Shown piece by piece: positions 17,178 through 26,824 of a stretch of DNA of 53,752 nt. The DNA comes from Candidatus Parcubacteria bacterium (GTDB lineage Bacteria; Patescibacteriota; Minisyncoccia; JAHIHE01; JAGLIN01): contig JAGLXN010000008.1 of the NCBI GenBank assembly GCA_023132875.1, positions 1 to 53,752 of the forward strand, in the 5' to 3' direction. The position numbers were made by a program, and so were the translations under genes. The notes below the pieces were generated by a model. It saw only the letters and a program-made list of their open reading frames with translations, was not told the DNA's origin and ran no database searches. Position 1 is the stretch's first letter; the number at the start of each line of letters is the position of its first letter.

Positions 17178-17945
17178 TTACACAAACAAGTTCACAATCC
17201 TTACAAACTCGCTTCCATTCAGTGACGCGCCTCCTATTAACAATCCATCCATTCCCGTCTTATCAATAAAATCAAACGCGTTTTTGCTATTAACACTACC
17301 ACCGTATAAAATCGGAATTTTCTCCGCTGTTTCACGGCCATAAAGATTGGAAATAGTTTTTTTAATCAAAAGACAGGCACTCATTATTTCATTTGCAGAC
17401 GGTGTTTCTCCGGTGCCGATCGCCCATATTGGCTCATAAGCAATTTGTAAGTTACAATTTAAAACTTGTAATTCAACATTTTTCAAAGCTTCTTCTAATT
17501 GGGTGATGATTACTTCACTTGTCCGATCTTGTTGTTTTTCTTTTATTGTTTCACCGATACATAAAATAGAAATAAGATTATTTTTTATCACCGATTGGAC
17601 TTTCAGATTAACCATTTCATCCGTTTCGTTTAAATATTTTCTTCTTTCAGAATGTCCTATTATAATATGATTCACCTTTAAATTTTTTACCATCATCGCT
17701 GAAATTTCTCCTGTATAAGCTCCCTTATCTTCCCAAAAGATATTTTGAACGCCCAATTCAAAATCTGAATTAACTTTAATTTTTGAAAGATAAACGGTAG
17801 GCGGACAAATCACAACACTAATACTATCAGATTTTTTAATTCCTTTTTTAATTGTCTTAATCAGATTATCCGCCTCATCAAAACTAACCGGATTCATTTT
17901 CCAGTTAGCAACAATATACTTCAACTTACTATTATCAGTCAACAT
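17178..17945 (-). CDS. tpiA: Triosephosphate isomerase
   Basis: ANWKMN, GAYTGEIS, IGHSERR, AYEPIWAIGTG, LYGGSV and LIGGASL motifs. Confidence 0.98.
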   Translation of the reverse strand: MLTDNSKLKYIVANWKMNPVSFDEADNLIKTIKKGIKKSDSISVVICPPTVYLSKIKVNSDFELGVQNIFWEDKGAYTGEISAMMVKNLKVNHIIIGHSERRKYLNETDEMVNLKVQSVIKNNLISILCIGETIKEKQQDRTSEVIITQLEEALKNVELQVLNCNLQIAYEPIWAIGTGETPSANEIMSACLLIKKTISNLYGRETAEKIPILYGGSVNSKNAFDFIDKTGMDGLLIGGASLNGSEFVRIVNLFV

Positions 17946-18037
17946 TTTTATGTAAAAAATAAATCAAAATATAAAATGATAAAAAATAATTCTTAATTTT
18001 ATAATTTTTAAAAATTTTAACATCAAGAATTATAAAA

Positions 18038-18952
18038 TTACTTTTTTTTCAAATACTTATAAATACTCGTCGCGGCAATCGCTCCCTCTGAAACAGCGGT
18101 TACAATTTGGCGAAGTCCATTGGAACCATTTGTGATATCCCCCGCCGCGTAAATACCTTCTATGTTAGTAGAGCCGCTTGCTTCTATAATAATACAACCG
18201 CTTTTGTCAATTTTAACTCCCAGTCCTTTTGCTAAATCCACAAAAGGAATAGAGCCAACCTCGATAAACAATCCGTCTAATTTTATTTTATTGCCACCGT
18301 TATATTTATTATTAATTTCAATCAATTCAACTTTTTTATCGCCTGACACTTTTGTTATATTTGTATTGTAAATAATTTCTATTTTAGAGTTTTTTTCTAA
18401 TCTTTCTAAAATGACCGGCTCGCACCTCATCGACTGTTTTCTGTAAATTACATATACTTTTTTCGCGCATTCGGAAAGCATTTCTGCCGCCATTGCCGCT
18501 GAATCACTGCCACCGGCAACTGCTACTGTTTTGTCTTTAAAAAACGCGCCATCGCAAACAGCGCAGTAGCTTACGCCTTTTCCTAAAAACTTTTTCTCGC
18601 CCGAAATATTAAGTTTTCTGTGTTTTGTCCCAAGAGTAATCAAAATTGCTTTTGATTTATAGACTTTACTCAAATTAGTTTTTATGATAAATATGCTATC
18701 ATCTTTGCTAATTTCTACAACTTCTTCCTGTATAATTTCTAATCCTAAACTTTTGGCGTGATCATAAAATTTCATAATTAAATCAGAACCTTTTATTGAT
18801 TTTTCTCCCGGCCAGTTTTCAATTTTATGCGCTTTTGAAAGTGATCCATCAAAAACATTACCAACTACTATGTGGTTAATTTTATACCTTGAAGCATAAA
18901 TTGACGCCGATAATCCAGCAGGACCAGCGCCTAAAACTATAAGATCATACAT
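18038..18952 (-). CDS. trxB: Thioredoxin reductase
   Basis: GAGPAG, GVSYCAVCDG (CxxC) and GIYAAGD motifs. Confidence 0.9.
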   Translation of the reverse strand: MYDLIVLGAGPAGLSASIYASRYKINHIVVGNVFDGSLSKAHKIENWPGEKSIKGSDLIMKFYDHAKSLGLEIIQEEVVEISKDDSIFIIKTNLSKVYKSKAILITLGTKHRKLNISGEKKFLGKGVSYCAVCDGAFFKDKTVAVAGGSDSAAMAAEMLSECAKKVYVIYRKQSMRCEPVILERLEKNSKIEIIYNTNITKVSGDKKVELIEINNKYNGGNKIKLDGLFIEVGSIPFVDLAKGLGVKIDKSGCIIIEASGSTNIEGIYAAGDITNGSNGLRQIVTAVSEGAIAATSIYKYLKKK

Positions 18953-19046
18953 TGTTTATATTGCTAAATTGCTAAATTGCTTTATCCGTCATATTATTGT
19001 TTATCGCACAACAATTTGACAATTTAGCAATTTGACAATTTGACAA

Positions 19047-19238
19047 TTATTTTTCTATTTTTATCGCCCCAACCGGACAACTATTTATTGCTATTTCACA
19101 ATCGCATTTTTTACTCTCGTCTTTATTTACAACATTAACTTTTCCATCATCTTGCAGTTCAAACGCGTCAGGACACAAATTAACACAAGCTCCGCACCCA
19201 ATACAGAGTTCTTGATCAACTTTAATTTTTTTTGCCAT
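19047..19238 (-). CDS. fdx: Monocluster ferredoxin
   Basis: CIGCGACVNLCP ... CPVGAI in 63 aa. Confidence 0.92.
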   Translation of the reverse strand: MAKKIKVDQELCIGCGACVNLCPDAFELQDDGKVNVVNKDESKKCDCEIAINSCPVGAIKIEK

Positions 19239-19246
19239 AATTTTTC

Positions 19247-19573
19247 TTAGTTATTTTTTATCAAGTTATTTATTTTCTCTATTAAAATTTCTTTTGGCTG
19301 AAGTCCTATCATTTCTTCAACAACTTCTCCTTTTTTAAACACTTTCAGCGTTGGGATGCTTAAAATTTCATATTCTCCTGCAATATTTGGATTTTCATCC
19401 ACATTAAGTTTTCTTATCTTTATTTTTCCATCAAATTCTTTGGAAAGTTCCTCAATAACAGGACTCATCATTTGGCACGGACCGCACCATGGAGCCCAAA
19501 AATCAACCAAAACAAGTATTTCGGACTTTCTTACTTCATCCTTAAAATTTTGGTCAGTTAGTTCAATATCCAT
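19247..19573 (-). CDS. trxA: Thioredoxin
   Basis: VDFWAPWCGPC and SIPTL; start at MDIEL (19573) preferred. Confidence 0.96.
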   Translation of the reverse strand: MDIELTDQNFKDEVRKSEILVLVDFWAPWCGPCQMMSPVIEELSKEFDGKIKIRKLNVDENPNIAGEYEILSIPTLKVFKKGEVVEEMIGLQPKEILIEKINNLIKNN

Positions 19574-19711
19574 AGGATATATACTCCTTTCTTTTTTGTT
19601 AAATCTTGGCATTTTCTTTTACTCTGCAGTTAAAAAAATAACCAGAATTACACTTTATTTCTTATTAATGTTATACTTACCTTGGACTACGAAATTCTAT
19701 TTTTAGTTATC

Positions 19712-19788
19712 TTCGTGTAAATATTAGTTTTATTAGTGTTTCTTATAATAAACGCTAATTGAACTAATATTCACGCTAAACAGACGAA
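19712..19788. repeat. TTCGTG..TATTAGT inverted-repeat element
   Basis: TTCGT/ACGAA ends and AATATTAGTT/AACTAATATT inner arms; relative at 14963. Confidence 0.65.
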
Positions 19789-19849
19789 TTATAAAAGTTT
19801 TGTAATTCAAAGTACTTATAATATTAATAATATAACAAAAACAAAAGAA

Positions 19850-20878
19850 ATGCAAACTAAAAATGTGATAATCATTGGCGCGGGTCCAGCCGGTCTTGCG
19901 ACTGCGATAGAATTAAAAAAAATAAGCCGATATAATATTATTATTCTCGAAAAAAACCCTGAAATAAGCTATAAAATATGTGCCGGCGGAATTGATCCTA
20001 ATGTTTCTGAAATTGGCATACCAGAAAAGATTATAGACAGAAAATTTAATAAAATAAAACTGTTTACAGCAAAACAATCAATAACAATCCAAGAAAACAA
20101 ATCAATAATCGCGACAACAAACAGAAAAACATTACATGAGATTATGGCAAATAGGGCGCGTAAAATGGGAATAAAGATATTATTTAACAAGCAGGTTAAA
20201 GAAATGGATGATAATTCGGTTATAACTTCTTTAGGTGAAACATTTAATTTTGATTATCTCGTTGGAGCAGATGGAAGCACTTCAACAGTAAGAAAAAAAA
20301 TAGGAATCAAAACTAAAAAAGTATTAATAGCCTTTCAATATATTATTCCGGGAGAATATTCTGATATTGAATTTTATATTGATTTTAAAAAATTTGGATT
20401 TTCATACGCTTGGATTTTTCCGCAAAAAAATGTAATTTCAGTTGGAACTGGCTATGATTCTAGTTTATCTAATAATAATTTTAAGATTAAAGAACTTCGT
20501 GAAAATTTTGACAGCTGGTGCAAAGAAAAATTCAATCTTGAAAATGCAAAATTTGAAGCATTTTCAATAAACTACGACTATCAAGGTTTTGAATTTGGAA
20601 ATATATTTCTCGCTGGAGACGCAGCAGGATTTGCTTCCGGCCTTACAGGAGAAGGAATAAAATTTGCTATCCTCTCCGGAAAAGATATTGCCAGAAAAAT
20701 AGTTAATTCAAATTATAGGTGCAAAGAAATTGAAAATATTTTGAAAATAAAAAAACGCGGAGAAAATTTCATCCGTTTTCTCTCGCTTAATAAAACTGTC
20801 GGAAAAATTACTGTTGAGCTTTTCGCATTTTTTATACAAACTCCGATTGGAAAAAAGATGTCTGAGAAGATGTTTTAA
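19850..20878 (+). CDS. Geranylgeranyl-reductase-family FAD-dependent oxidoreductase
   Basis: GAGPAG, ICAGGI, LVGADG, YAWIFP and LAGDAAGF..LTGEGI motifs. Confidence 0.85.
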   Translation: MQTKNVIIIGAGPAGLATAIELKKISRYNIIILEKNPEISYKICAGGIDPNVSEIGIPEKIIDRKFNKIKLFTAKQSITIQENKSIIATTNRKTLHEIMANRARKMGIKILFNKQVKEMDDNSVITSLGETFNFDYLVGADGSTSTVRKKIGIKTKKVLIAFQYIIPGEYSDIEFYIDFKKFGFSYAWIFPQKNVISVGTGYDSSLSNNNFKIKELRENFDSWCKEKFNLENAKFEAFSINYDYQGFEFGNIFLAGDAAGFASGLTGEGIKFAILSGKDIARKIVNSNYRCKEIENILKIKKRGENFIRFLSLNKTVGKITVELFAFFIQTPIGKKMSEKMF

Positions 20879-20991
20879 AAAAATCTTATTCGGCTCCCTT
20901 CAAACAATTTTACAGGCAAAGATAATCTCATTCAGCTGGAGTCTCTAATAAGGACTCCGGCAAGAAATACTATTTATTTATCTTTCTTTCG

Positions 20992-21022
20992 CGTCGGAGT
21001 CCTCTGCTGAGAGATTCCGACG
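20992..21022. terminator. Hairpin between convergent genes, possible bidirectional terminator
   Basis: CGTCGGAGTC..GATTCCGACG inverted repeat. Confidence 0.45.
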
Positions 21023-21053
21023 AGGCGAAATAACAATATAGCAATAAAATAAT

Positions 21054-21959
21054 TTATTCAAACAAATCAGTGCTTAAATACCTTTCTCCGTTATCTGGCA
21101 AAATTACTACTATCGTTTTGCCTTTTTTTAGTTCTCTTGCTTTTTGAAGAGCAATATACATAGCAGCACCAGAACTCATTCCAGCTAAAATCCCCTCCTT
21201 TTGAGCTAGCATTTTTGAAACAGTAAAAGTTTCCGGCACTTCCTCTTTTGATATTTTAATAATCTCGTCAAAAGCATTATTTTGAAAAAGGTCTGTTTGC
21301 TTAAGCTCTTCAGAATTTCTAAGTCCTTGAATACGCGCGCCTATCTCAGGCATAACTCCAATAACTTTAATCTTTGAATTATATTCTTTTAAACACTTTG
21401 AAACTCCAACTCCCGTGCCAGCAGTTCCTATGCCTATAACAACCATATCAACTTTACTTTTAGTCTGCTTTAGAATTTCTTTGCCTGTAATCTTATAATG
21501 AGCCATTACATTAGCTGGATTTCTAAATTGATCAAGATCCGCGTATTTTTTCGAGTTTTCAGTTAATATCTTTTTTTTTACTTCAGTCGCGCCGTCCGTA
21601 CCCTTTGCGCTTGAAGATAAAAATAATTCTGCTCCATACGCTTTGATTAATTTTCTACGCTCAATGCTTACCGATTCCGGAATAATGATTGTAATTCTAT
21701 ATCCTTTAACCGCGGCAACTATTGCCATAGCAATGCCAGTATTGCCAGAACTTGCCTCTATTATAACTTTGTCCTTGGTCAATTTGCCTGACTTCTCGGC
21801 AGCTTCAATCATATAAAGAGCCATTACACTTTTTATAGATCCTCCTATATTATATTCCTCTAGTTTTGCCAAAACCGTAGCATCGCATGGATTTGTAAGT
21901 TTGTTTATTTTTACTATCGGCGTATTGCCGATCAGACTTAAAACATTCTCATGAATCAT
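21054..21959 (-). CDS. cysK: Cysteine synthase family PLP enzyme
   Basis: IGNTPIV, AKLE..N.GGSIK, EASSGNTGI, GTAGT and GMSSGA motifs; CysK versus CysM not resolvable by eye. Confidence 0.85.
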   Translation of the reverse strand: MIHENVLSLIGNTPIVKINKLTNPCDATVLAKLEEYNIGGSIKSVMALYMIEAAEKSGKLTKDKVIIEASSGNTGIAMAIVAAVKGYRITIIIPESVSIERRKLIKAYGAELFLSSSAKGTDGATEVKKKILTENSKKYADLDQFRNPANVMAHYKITGKEILKQTKSKVDMVVIGIGTAGTGVGVSKCLKEYNSKIKVIGVMPEIGARIQGLRNSEELKQTDLFQNNAFDEIIKISKEEVPETFTVSKMLAQKEGILAGMSSGAAMYIALQKARELKKGKTIVVILPDNGERYLSTDLFE

Positions 21960-21994
21960 TTTTTCTGGTTAACTTTAATTATAATTAAACTTTA

Positions 21995-22029
21995 CAAACA
22001 AAAACCAACCTTCACGGGTTGATTTTTTT
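21995..22029 (-). terminator. Attenuator terminator of the cysK leader
   Basis: Minus strand AAUCAACC-CGUGAA-GGUUGGUU followed by UUUGUUUGU, about 36 nt before the cysK start. Confidence 0.8.
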
Positions 22030-22074
22030 ATCAATATATAAACAAAAAATTAAATACTTAAAAACCAACCTGAC

Positions 22075-22125
22075 CTACAACTCGCAACAGCAACAACAAA
22101 TCAATTGATTTTTAAATGTTTTCAT
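22075..22125 (-). CDS. Poly-cysteine leader peptide MKTFKNQLICCCCCEL (not in ORF track)
   Basis: ATG AAA ACA TTT AAA AAT CAA TTG ATT TGT TGT TGC TGT TGC GAG TTG TAG, between a promoter and the terminator preceding cysK. Confidence 0.85.
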   Translation of the reverse strand: MKTFKNQLICCCCCEL

Positions 22126-22158
22126 AGATAATCTAAGTTATATTCTTTTATTAATTCA

Positions 22159-22186
22159 ATTCTACCATATTAAAAACTTTTGTCAA
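22159..22186 (-). promoter_or_regulatory. Sigma70-type promoter of the cysK leader
   Basis: TTGACA-16 bp-TAGAAT with TG immediately upstream (extended -10). Confidence 0.75.
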
Positions 22187-22208
22187 ACATTTCCACCTTG
22201 CTTGACCG

Positions 22209-24041
22209 CTAAAACTTCACAACTTCGCCTTCTTTAATTTCTAAATTTTTGCCTTTGGACAAGTCTTTATAATTAGACCGATTCATTTTCTCTACACTAA
22301 CATTTTTTCGAATAGGATCACCTTTTATTATTGCATTAGACGACTTTTCGGAAACTTCCTTATTTTTTTGTATTTGAAAATTATTAGAAATAGAGAAAGA
22401 TTTTTCTTTTCTTTCATCAACATCTCGCCCGACAAAACTATTTTTGGAATCAGTTGCTTTAATTTCCTTTTTTTTTATTTGGTAAATTTTCTTTTCTTCT
22501 TCTTTTTTTTCAAAATCAACTTTATCAACTTTATTATTTTTTACTGATTCTGCCGCTTGCTTTCTAACCTCTGCGAGACAATTCTTGCAATAAGTTGATC
22601 TTCCCGGATCCGGCTTAAATGGAACTTTTATCTTTTCTCCACACATCTCGCATACCGCGTCCCACATTTCTTTTTCTTCCATTTCATTTATATTATTTTT
22701 TGATCCTATTTCTTTAGACTCTTTACTTTTTTTGTTATTATTATTTTCTATTTTTTTATCTTCATTATCCATTCCTGACCACCTTGAAATTTTTTCTTCT
22801 ACAACTTCCCTTTTATTTGCATATCTTTCTCTTGAGACTTTTATTATTTTTTCTACATTGCTTTGTTCTGTCACTCCTAACGGTGGCAAAGTCGTTGCAC
22901 TAAAAGCATCTCCAGTAACTCCATCTATCATTAGCTTTAAATATATGTCGTACTTTGTAAGATTAACTAAATCGTTCATCATAAACACAGGCTCAAATTC
23001 TTTTTCCAAAAACTCAGCATCCGCGGCTCCTACTCTAAATGTAACAATAGTCCCAACATTTCCAAATATAGCATCGCGAACTTCTTCTTCAAGCTGTCCA
23101 ATATATTGATGAGCAACGATCAAATTCAATTTATATTTTCTTGCTTCCGAAAGAATACCTGCAAATGATTCTGTGGCAAAATTTTGAAATTCGTCAACAT
23201 AAAGATAAAAATCTTTTCGTTCTTCTTCTGGAATATCAGATCTACCCATGGCTGCCAGCTGAACTTTAGTAATAAGCATTGCCCCTAAAAGAGCGCTGTA
23301 ATCTTCGCCGATTTTTCCTTTAGCCAAATTTATGATAAGTATTTTTTTATTATCCATTATTTCCCTCATATCAATAGTAGAATGAGTTTGAGAAATAATA
23401 TTTCTAACAAGAGAACTGGAGAGAAACTGTCCAACCTTATTTTGAATTGGAGAAATGGCATCAACTGTAAACTGGCTTGAGTATTTTGTAAATTCATTAA
23501 GCCAGAAAGCTTTTACAACAGGATCAGAAACCTTATTTACCACCTTTTTTCTATAATCTTTATCAATGAACATTCTCGGCACTCCCAAAAGAGTGCTTCC
23601 GGGATATTCCAGAAGAGCTAAAATCACATTTCTAAGCAAATATTCTAATCGCGGTCCCCATGAATCAGCCCATATTTTTTTAAATACTCCAATCAATCCA
23701 GAAGCAACCAAATGCCTATATTTTGGATTAACATGCTCCATAACATTAAAAGCAATCGGATAGTCTGCGTCTGCCGGATTAAAATAGATAACATCATTGA
23801 TCCTTGATGCCGGAATAAAATTTAATATTTTTTCAGCCAAATCTCCATGAGGGTCAACAACAGCAACTCCGTTTCCAGCTCTGATATCAGAAATTATCAT
23901 AGTTTCCAAAAGATTTGTCTTTCCCATTCCAGTTTTTCCGATTACATAAACATGCCTTCTACGATCATCTTTCTTTACGCCAAAAACATACTCCTTTTCC
24001 CTGAAGTTAGTTTTCGCAAAATATGTAATATTTTCTGTCAT
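22209..24041 (-). CDS. VirD4/TraD/HerA-like P-loop ATPase with a C-terminal CxxC-x17-CxxC zinc ribbon
   Basis: Walker A GKTGMGKT, VVDPHGDL, Walker B LYVDEFQNF, SEARKY and AHQY; CEMC..VPFKP..YCKNC domain. Confidence 0.85.
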   Translation of the reverse strand: MTENITYFAKTNFREKEYVFGVKKDDRRRHVYVIGKTGMGKTNLLETMIISDIRAGNGVAVVDPHGDLAEKILNFIPASRINDVIYFNPADADYPIAFNVMEHVNPKYRHLVASGLIGVFKKIWADSWGPRLEYLLRNVILALLEYPGSTLLGVPRMFIDKDYRKKVVNKVSDPVVKAFWLNEFTKYSSQFTVDAISPIQNKVGQFLSSSLVRNIISQTHSTIDMREIMDNKKILIINLAKGKIGEDYSALLGAMLITKVQLAAMGRSDIPEEERKDFYLYVDEFQNFATESFAGILSEARKYKLNLIVAHQYIGQLEEEVRDAIFGNVGTIVTFRVGAADAEFLEKEFEPVFMMNDLVNLTKYDIYLKLMIDGVTGDAFSATTLPPLGVTEQSNVEKIIKVSRERYANKREVVEEKISRWSGMDNEDKKIENNNNKKSKESKEIGSKNNINEMEEKEMWDAVCEMCGEKIKVPFKPDPGRSTYCKNCLAEVRKQAAESVKNNKVDKVDFEKKEEEKKIYQIKKKEIKATDSKNSFVGRDVDERKEKSFSISNNFQIQKNKEVSEKSSNAIIKGDPIRKNVSVEKMNRSNYKDLSKGKNLEIKEGEVVKF

Positions 24042-24100
24042 AACATTAGTATTTAGTATTTAGTATTTAGTATTCCAGCTATATACTGCATACTAAATAC

Positions 24101-25393
24101 TCATATTGGTAATTCCGCAGGCGGCTTGCCTTTCTTAGCTTCAACCCTAGGAGCTACAGGAGCCTTAACTTCAATGGTTGGAAAGTGAAACAATGTTGCT
24201 AATTCTTCTGTATTTAAAACATAGCTTCTTTGATCAAATTCTCTTTTTTTATATCTTCTAAGAATTTTTCTCTTTTTCAAAGCTTTCCTGTATTCAGTAA
24301 GAAAATAATAGGCGCTTGTTTTAGTTTTTCCATCGGGAGCAAAACTATTTAAATCTTGAGAACCAAATTGAGAAAAATAGGAAAACGCTATGGCATTCCC
24401 TTTTGTTTTGTCAAAAATATCTCTCTTTGATAAATAAATCCAACGAATATCTGTTTCAAATCCCGGTCTTCTTGTATTGTTTTCTATAGCGGTAACTACG
24501 TCCTTTTCTCCCGGAGAAAGATGAAGCATCATGCTTATTTCTTCTTTTTTTTCTTTTTTATCTTCCTTTTCTATTAAACTCTGCGGTGAAAAAAAACCAA
24601 GAATCGTATACCTTCCAAGATCAACTATTTCACTTACAATAAGCGAAAAAAATCCTTCTCCTTTTTTATTTTTGTTATCTTTTCTCCCAATAAGCTTAAG
24701 CACTAAAGAATCAGCTTCCTTTTTCCAATCATCACCAACTGCTCTAATGAGAATTTGAATCCAAAGTTGCTCTCCTTTCTGCAATTTACTGACCCCTTCA
24801 ACAATATTTGAAATCGGATCAACAAATTCTCCTGACGCTGGATCTTCAAACTCTTTATAGATTCTCAGCGGATAAGCATCTTCTTTGTTTAATTTCATAT
24901 CAGCTCCCCACAATTCATAATCTTTACTCGGTATATCATCAGGAACATCAGTTACATAATCCTCAACTTCTTTTATCTCAGCTTCCGGATATTGCGCATA
25001 TATCTGAGATTCTACCATCTCTAAGGATTTAACCGGGGTTCTAATATAAAAATGAATATCACCTTCTATGCTTACAATTTCCAAGCTAAACCATATATCC
25101 ACAATACCTTCTAAATAAACATCATATAAAGTATCTATTATAACATCAAAGGTGCTGTATATGGCCGAAAAAAACTCTTCCATTGTTTTTGGCCTCTTTT
25201 CTATTTCTTTAGGAATTTTTACTTCTAATAATTTCCATTTGATATTCCTTATATGTTTTTCCTGCACATAACTAATCCATGCAAGTTCAAAAATAGGCCA
25301 CAAAACCAGTGGCGTAAAAAACCACCACCACTCACGATAAAAAATAAGAGCTTCCTTAAGCGATTCTGCTATTACAAAAGAAGATGTTAGCAT
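24101..25393 (-). CDS. Membrane-anchored partner protein of the ATPase
   Basis: N-terminal TM segment; FSLEIVS, QIYAQYPEAEI and ELATLFHFP pattern typical of proteins preceding such ATPases in CPR genomes (recalled, not searched). Confidence 0.7.
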   Translation of the reverse strand: MLTSSFVIAESLKEALIFYREWWWFFTPLVLWPIFELAWISYVQEKHIRNIKWKLLEVKIPKEIEKRPKTMEEFFSAIYSTFDVIIDTLYDVYLEGIVDIWFSLEIVSIEGDIHFYIRTPVKSLEMVESQIYAQYPEAEIKEVEDYVTDVPDDIPSKDYELWGADMKLNKEDAYPLRIYKEFEDPASGEFVDPISNIVEGVSKLQKGEQLWIQILIRAVGDDWKKEADSLVLKLIGRKDNKNKKGEGFFSLIVSEIVDLGRYTILGFFSPQSLIEKEDKKEKKEEISMMLHLSPGEKDVVTAIENNTRRPGFETDIRWIYLSKRDIFDKTKGNAIAFSYFSQFGSQDLNSFAPDGKTKTSAYYFLTEYRKALKKRKILRRYKKREFDQRSYVLNTEELATLFHFPTIEVKAPVAPRVEAKKGKPPAELPI

Positions 25394-25555
25394 AATTTAT
25401 AAAAAATAATTTTTAATTTTGTAAATAATTTCTTAATTTTTAATTCAAAAAACTTTTTGTGTTTTGATTTTGAGAAGTTTAATGCTAATCAGAAACGGTT
25501 TAAAAATTAAAAATTTAATCATTATTTAAAAATTACAAAATTAAAAATTACAAAA

Positions 25556-26623
25556 TTATTTAATCCTATAAACTTTATTTGCCAATTTTTCAAAATATTT
25601 TTTGTTTTGTAGATTGAGAACAATCGTATTTTTTCTCACCTTTCTTTTCTCCAAAACTTTTTCAACTATCTCGTTCTGGCTCATTTCTTTGCCATCTTTA
25701 TTGAATATTTCCAATAAAACATCTAACACAGTTCCAGGCTTATATCCCCATTCAGCAAGAGCATAAATTCCCCTGCCTACGAGAACAAACCTTTTATCTT
25801 TTATTAATTCGTTGTGAACAGTTTGATTATTGGCTCTTTTTTTGTTTTTCCAAATTTCATTTATTTTATCCGCAATTTCTACAAAATGAAGAGGCTTTTT
25901 GATTTTTTTCAAGGCCAAATACGCCTTATCTCTGATACTTTTTGGATTAATATGAGGCCATTTTTGGTGTCCCCATTCGCCTATAACGCTTCGCAAAATA
26001 ATTTTATTGGATTCAAGATAAGATCTTATAGACATTTCAGAAAAATAAGAAAAATCTTTATCTTTCAATAAGTTTGATATTCTTTCAAAACTTAAATTTT
26101 CCTTGTTTTCTATTAAATATTTCTCTAATATCCCTATTATGTTTTTAAATTTCTCAAAATTTTCTTTTTCATAAAAATATATTTTTTTGTATGCCTTTGT
26201 TTCTTTGGCTACTTCAATTTTATCATCTAATGACAAAATCAGCAAAGAAACTTGCTTATTAATATTATCACGACTTTTATTTTTAAACAAATGCTTGATT
26301 ATTTCTTCCTCGCTCATAAGACCGCCATGATCTTCAATGGTTTTTCTTATGTTATTAAAAATTAAGCCGATATTATGCCTCTTGCCTATATGTTTAAGCC
26401 TTGTAATGGCTTCTGATTCAATCTGTCTTACTCTCTCCCTTGTTATTCCATATTCTTTCCCGATTTCATCAAGAGTTCGGACGCCCTTTTCATTAAGATT
26501 AAATCTCTTAGTGATAATACTTCCTGATCTTTCTGAGAGTTCATTGATTATATCAAAAATAAGACGATTTAAGTCCATCGCCACCAATTTATTTTCACCT
26601 GTTTTTTCTTTATTCTCTGCCAT
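25556..26623 (-). CDS. Sigma-70 region 4 HTH plus HARE-HTH (RNAP delta-like) DNA-binding protein
   Basis: RTLDEIGKEYGITRERVRQIE (sigma r4); KPLHFVEI..TVHNELIKDKRFVLVGRGIYALAEWGY (HARE-HTH-like). Confidence 0.8.
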   Translation of the reverse strand: MAENKEKTGENKLVAMDLNRLIFDIINELSERSGSIITKRFNLNEKGVRTLDEIGKEYGITRERVRQIESEAITRLKHIGKRHNIGLIFNNIRKTIEDHGGLMSEEEIIKHLFKNKSRDNINKQVSLLILSLDDKIEVAKETKAYKKIYFYEKENFEKFKNIIGILEKYLIENKENLSFERISNLLKDKDFSYFSEMSIRSYLESNKIILRSVIGEWGHQKWPHINPKSIRDKAYLALKKIKKPLHFVEIADKINEIWKNKKRANNQTVHNELIKDKRFVLVGRGIYALAEWGYKPGTVLDVLLEIFNKDGKEMSQNEIVEKVLEKRKVRKNTIVLNLQNKKYFEKLANKVYRIK

Positions 26624-26668
26624 AATTTCTAATTATTAATTTAGTTTTAATGTTTATATCGCTAAAAT

Positions 26669-26697
26669 AGTATATCATATTTAATAAAATATGTCAA
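26669..26697 (-). promoter_or_regulatory. Near-consensus sigma70 promoter
   Basis: TTGACA-17 bp-TATACT, 46 bp upstream of the HTH gene. Confidence 0.8.
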
Positions 26698-26824
26698 CTG
26701 CTTGCGCCTATATTCTACTCCGAAGTTCAACAAAAAAACTGATTACAAATCAGTTTCTATAATATAATACACTTTATTGCAGGAACTATTATTGTTTTTT
26801 TAATCACATTTTCAAGAAATATCT

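Noticed and set aside
21960-22190. T-box upstream of cysK
   Set aside because: No T-box consensus or specifier stem; the poly-Cys ORF with terminator/antiterminator explains the region.
22209-25393. Conjugative element or ICE
   Set aside because: No relaxase, integrase, VirB genes or att sites recognised.
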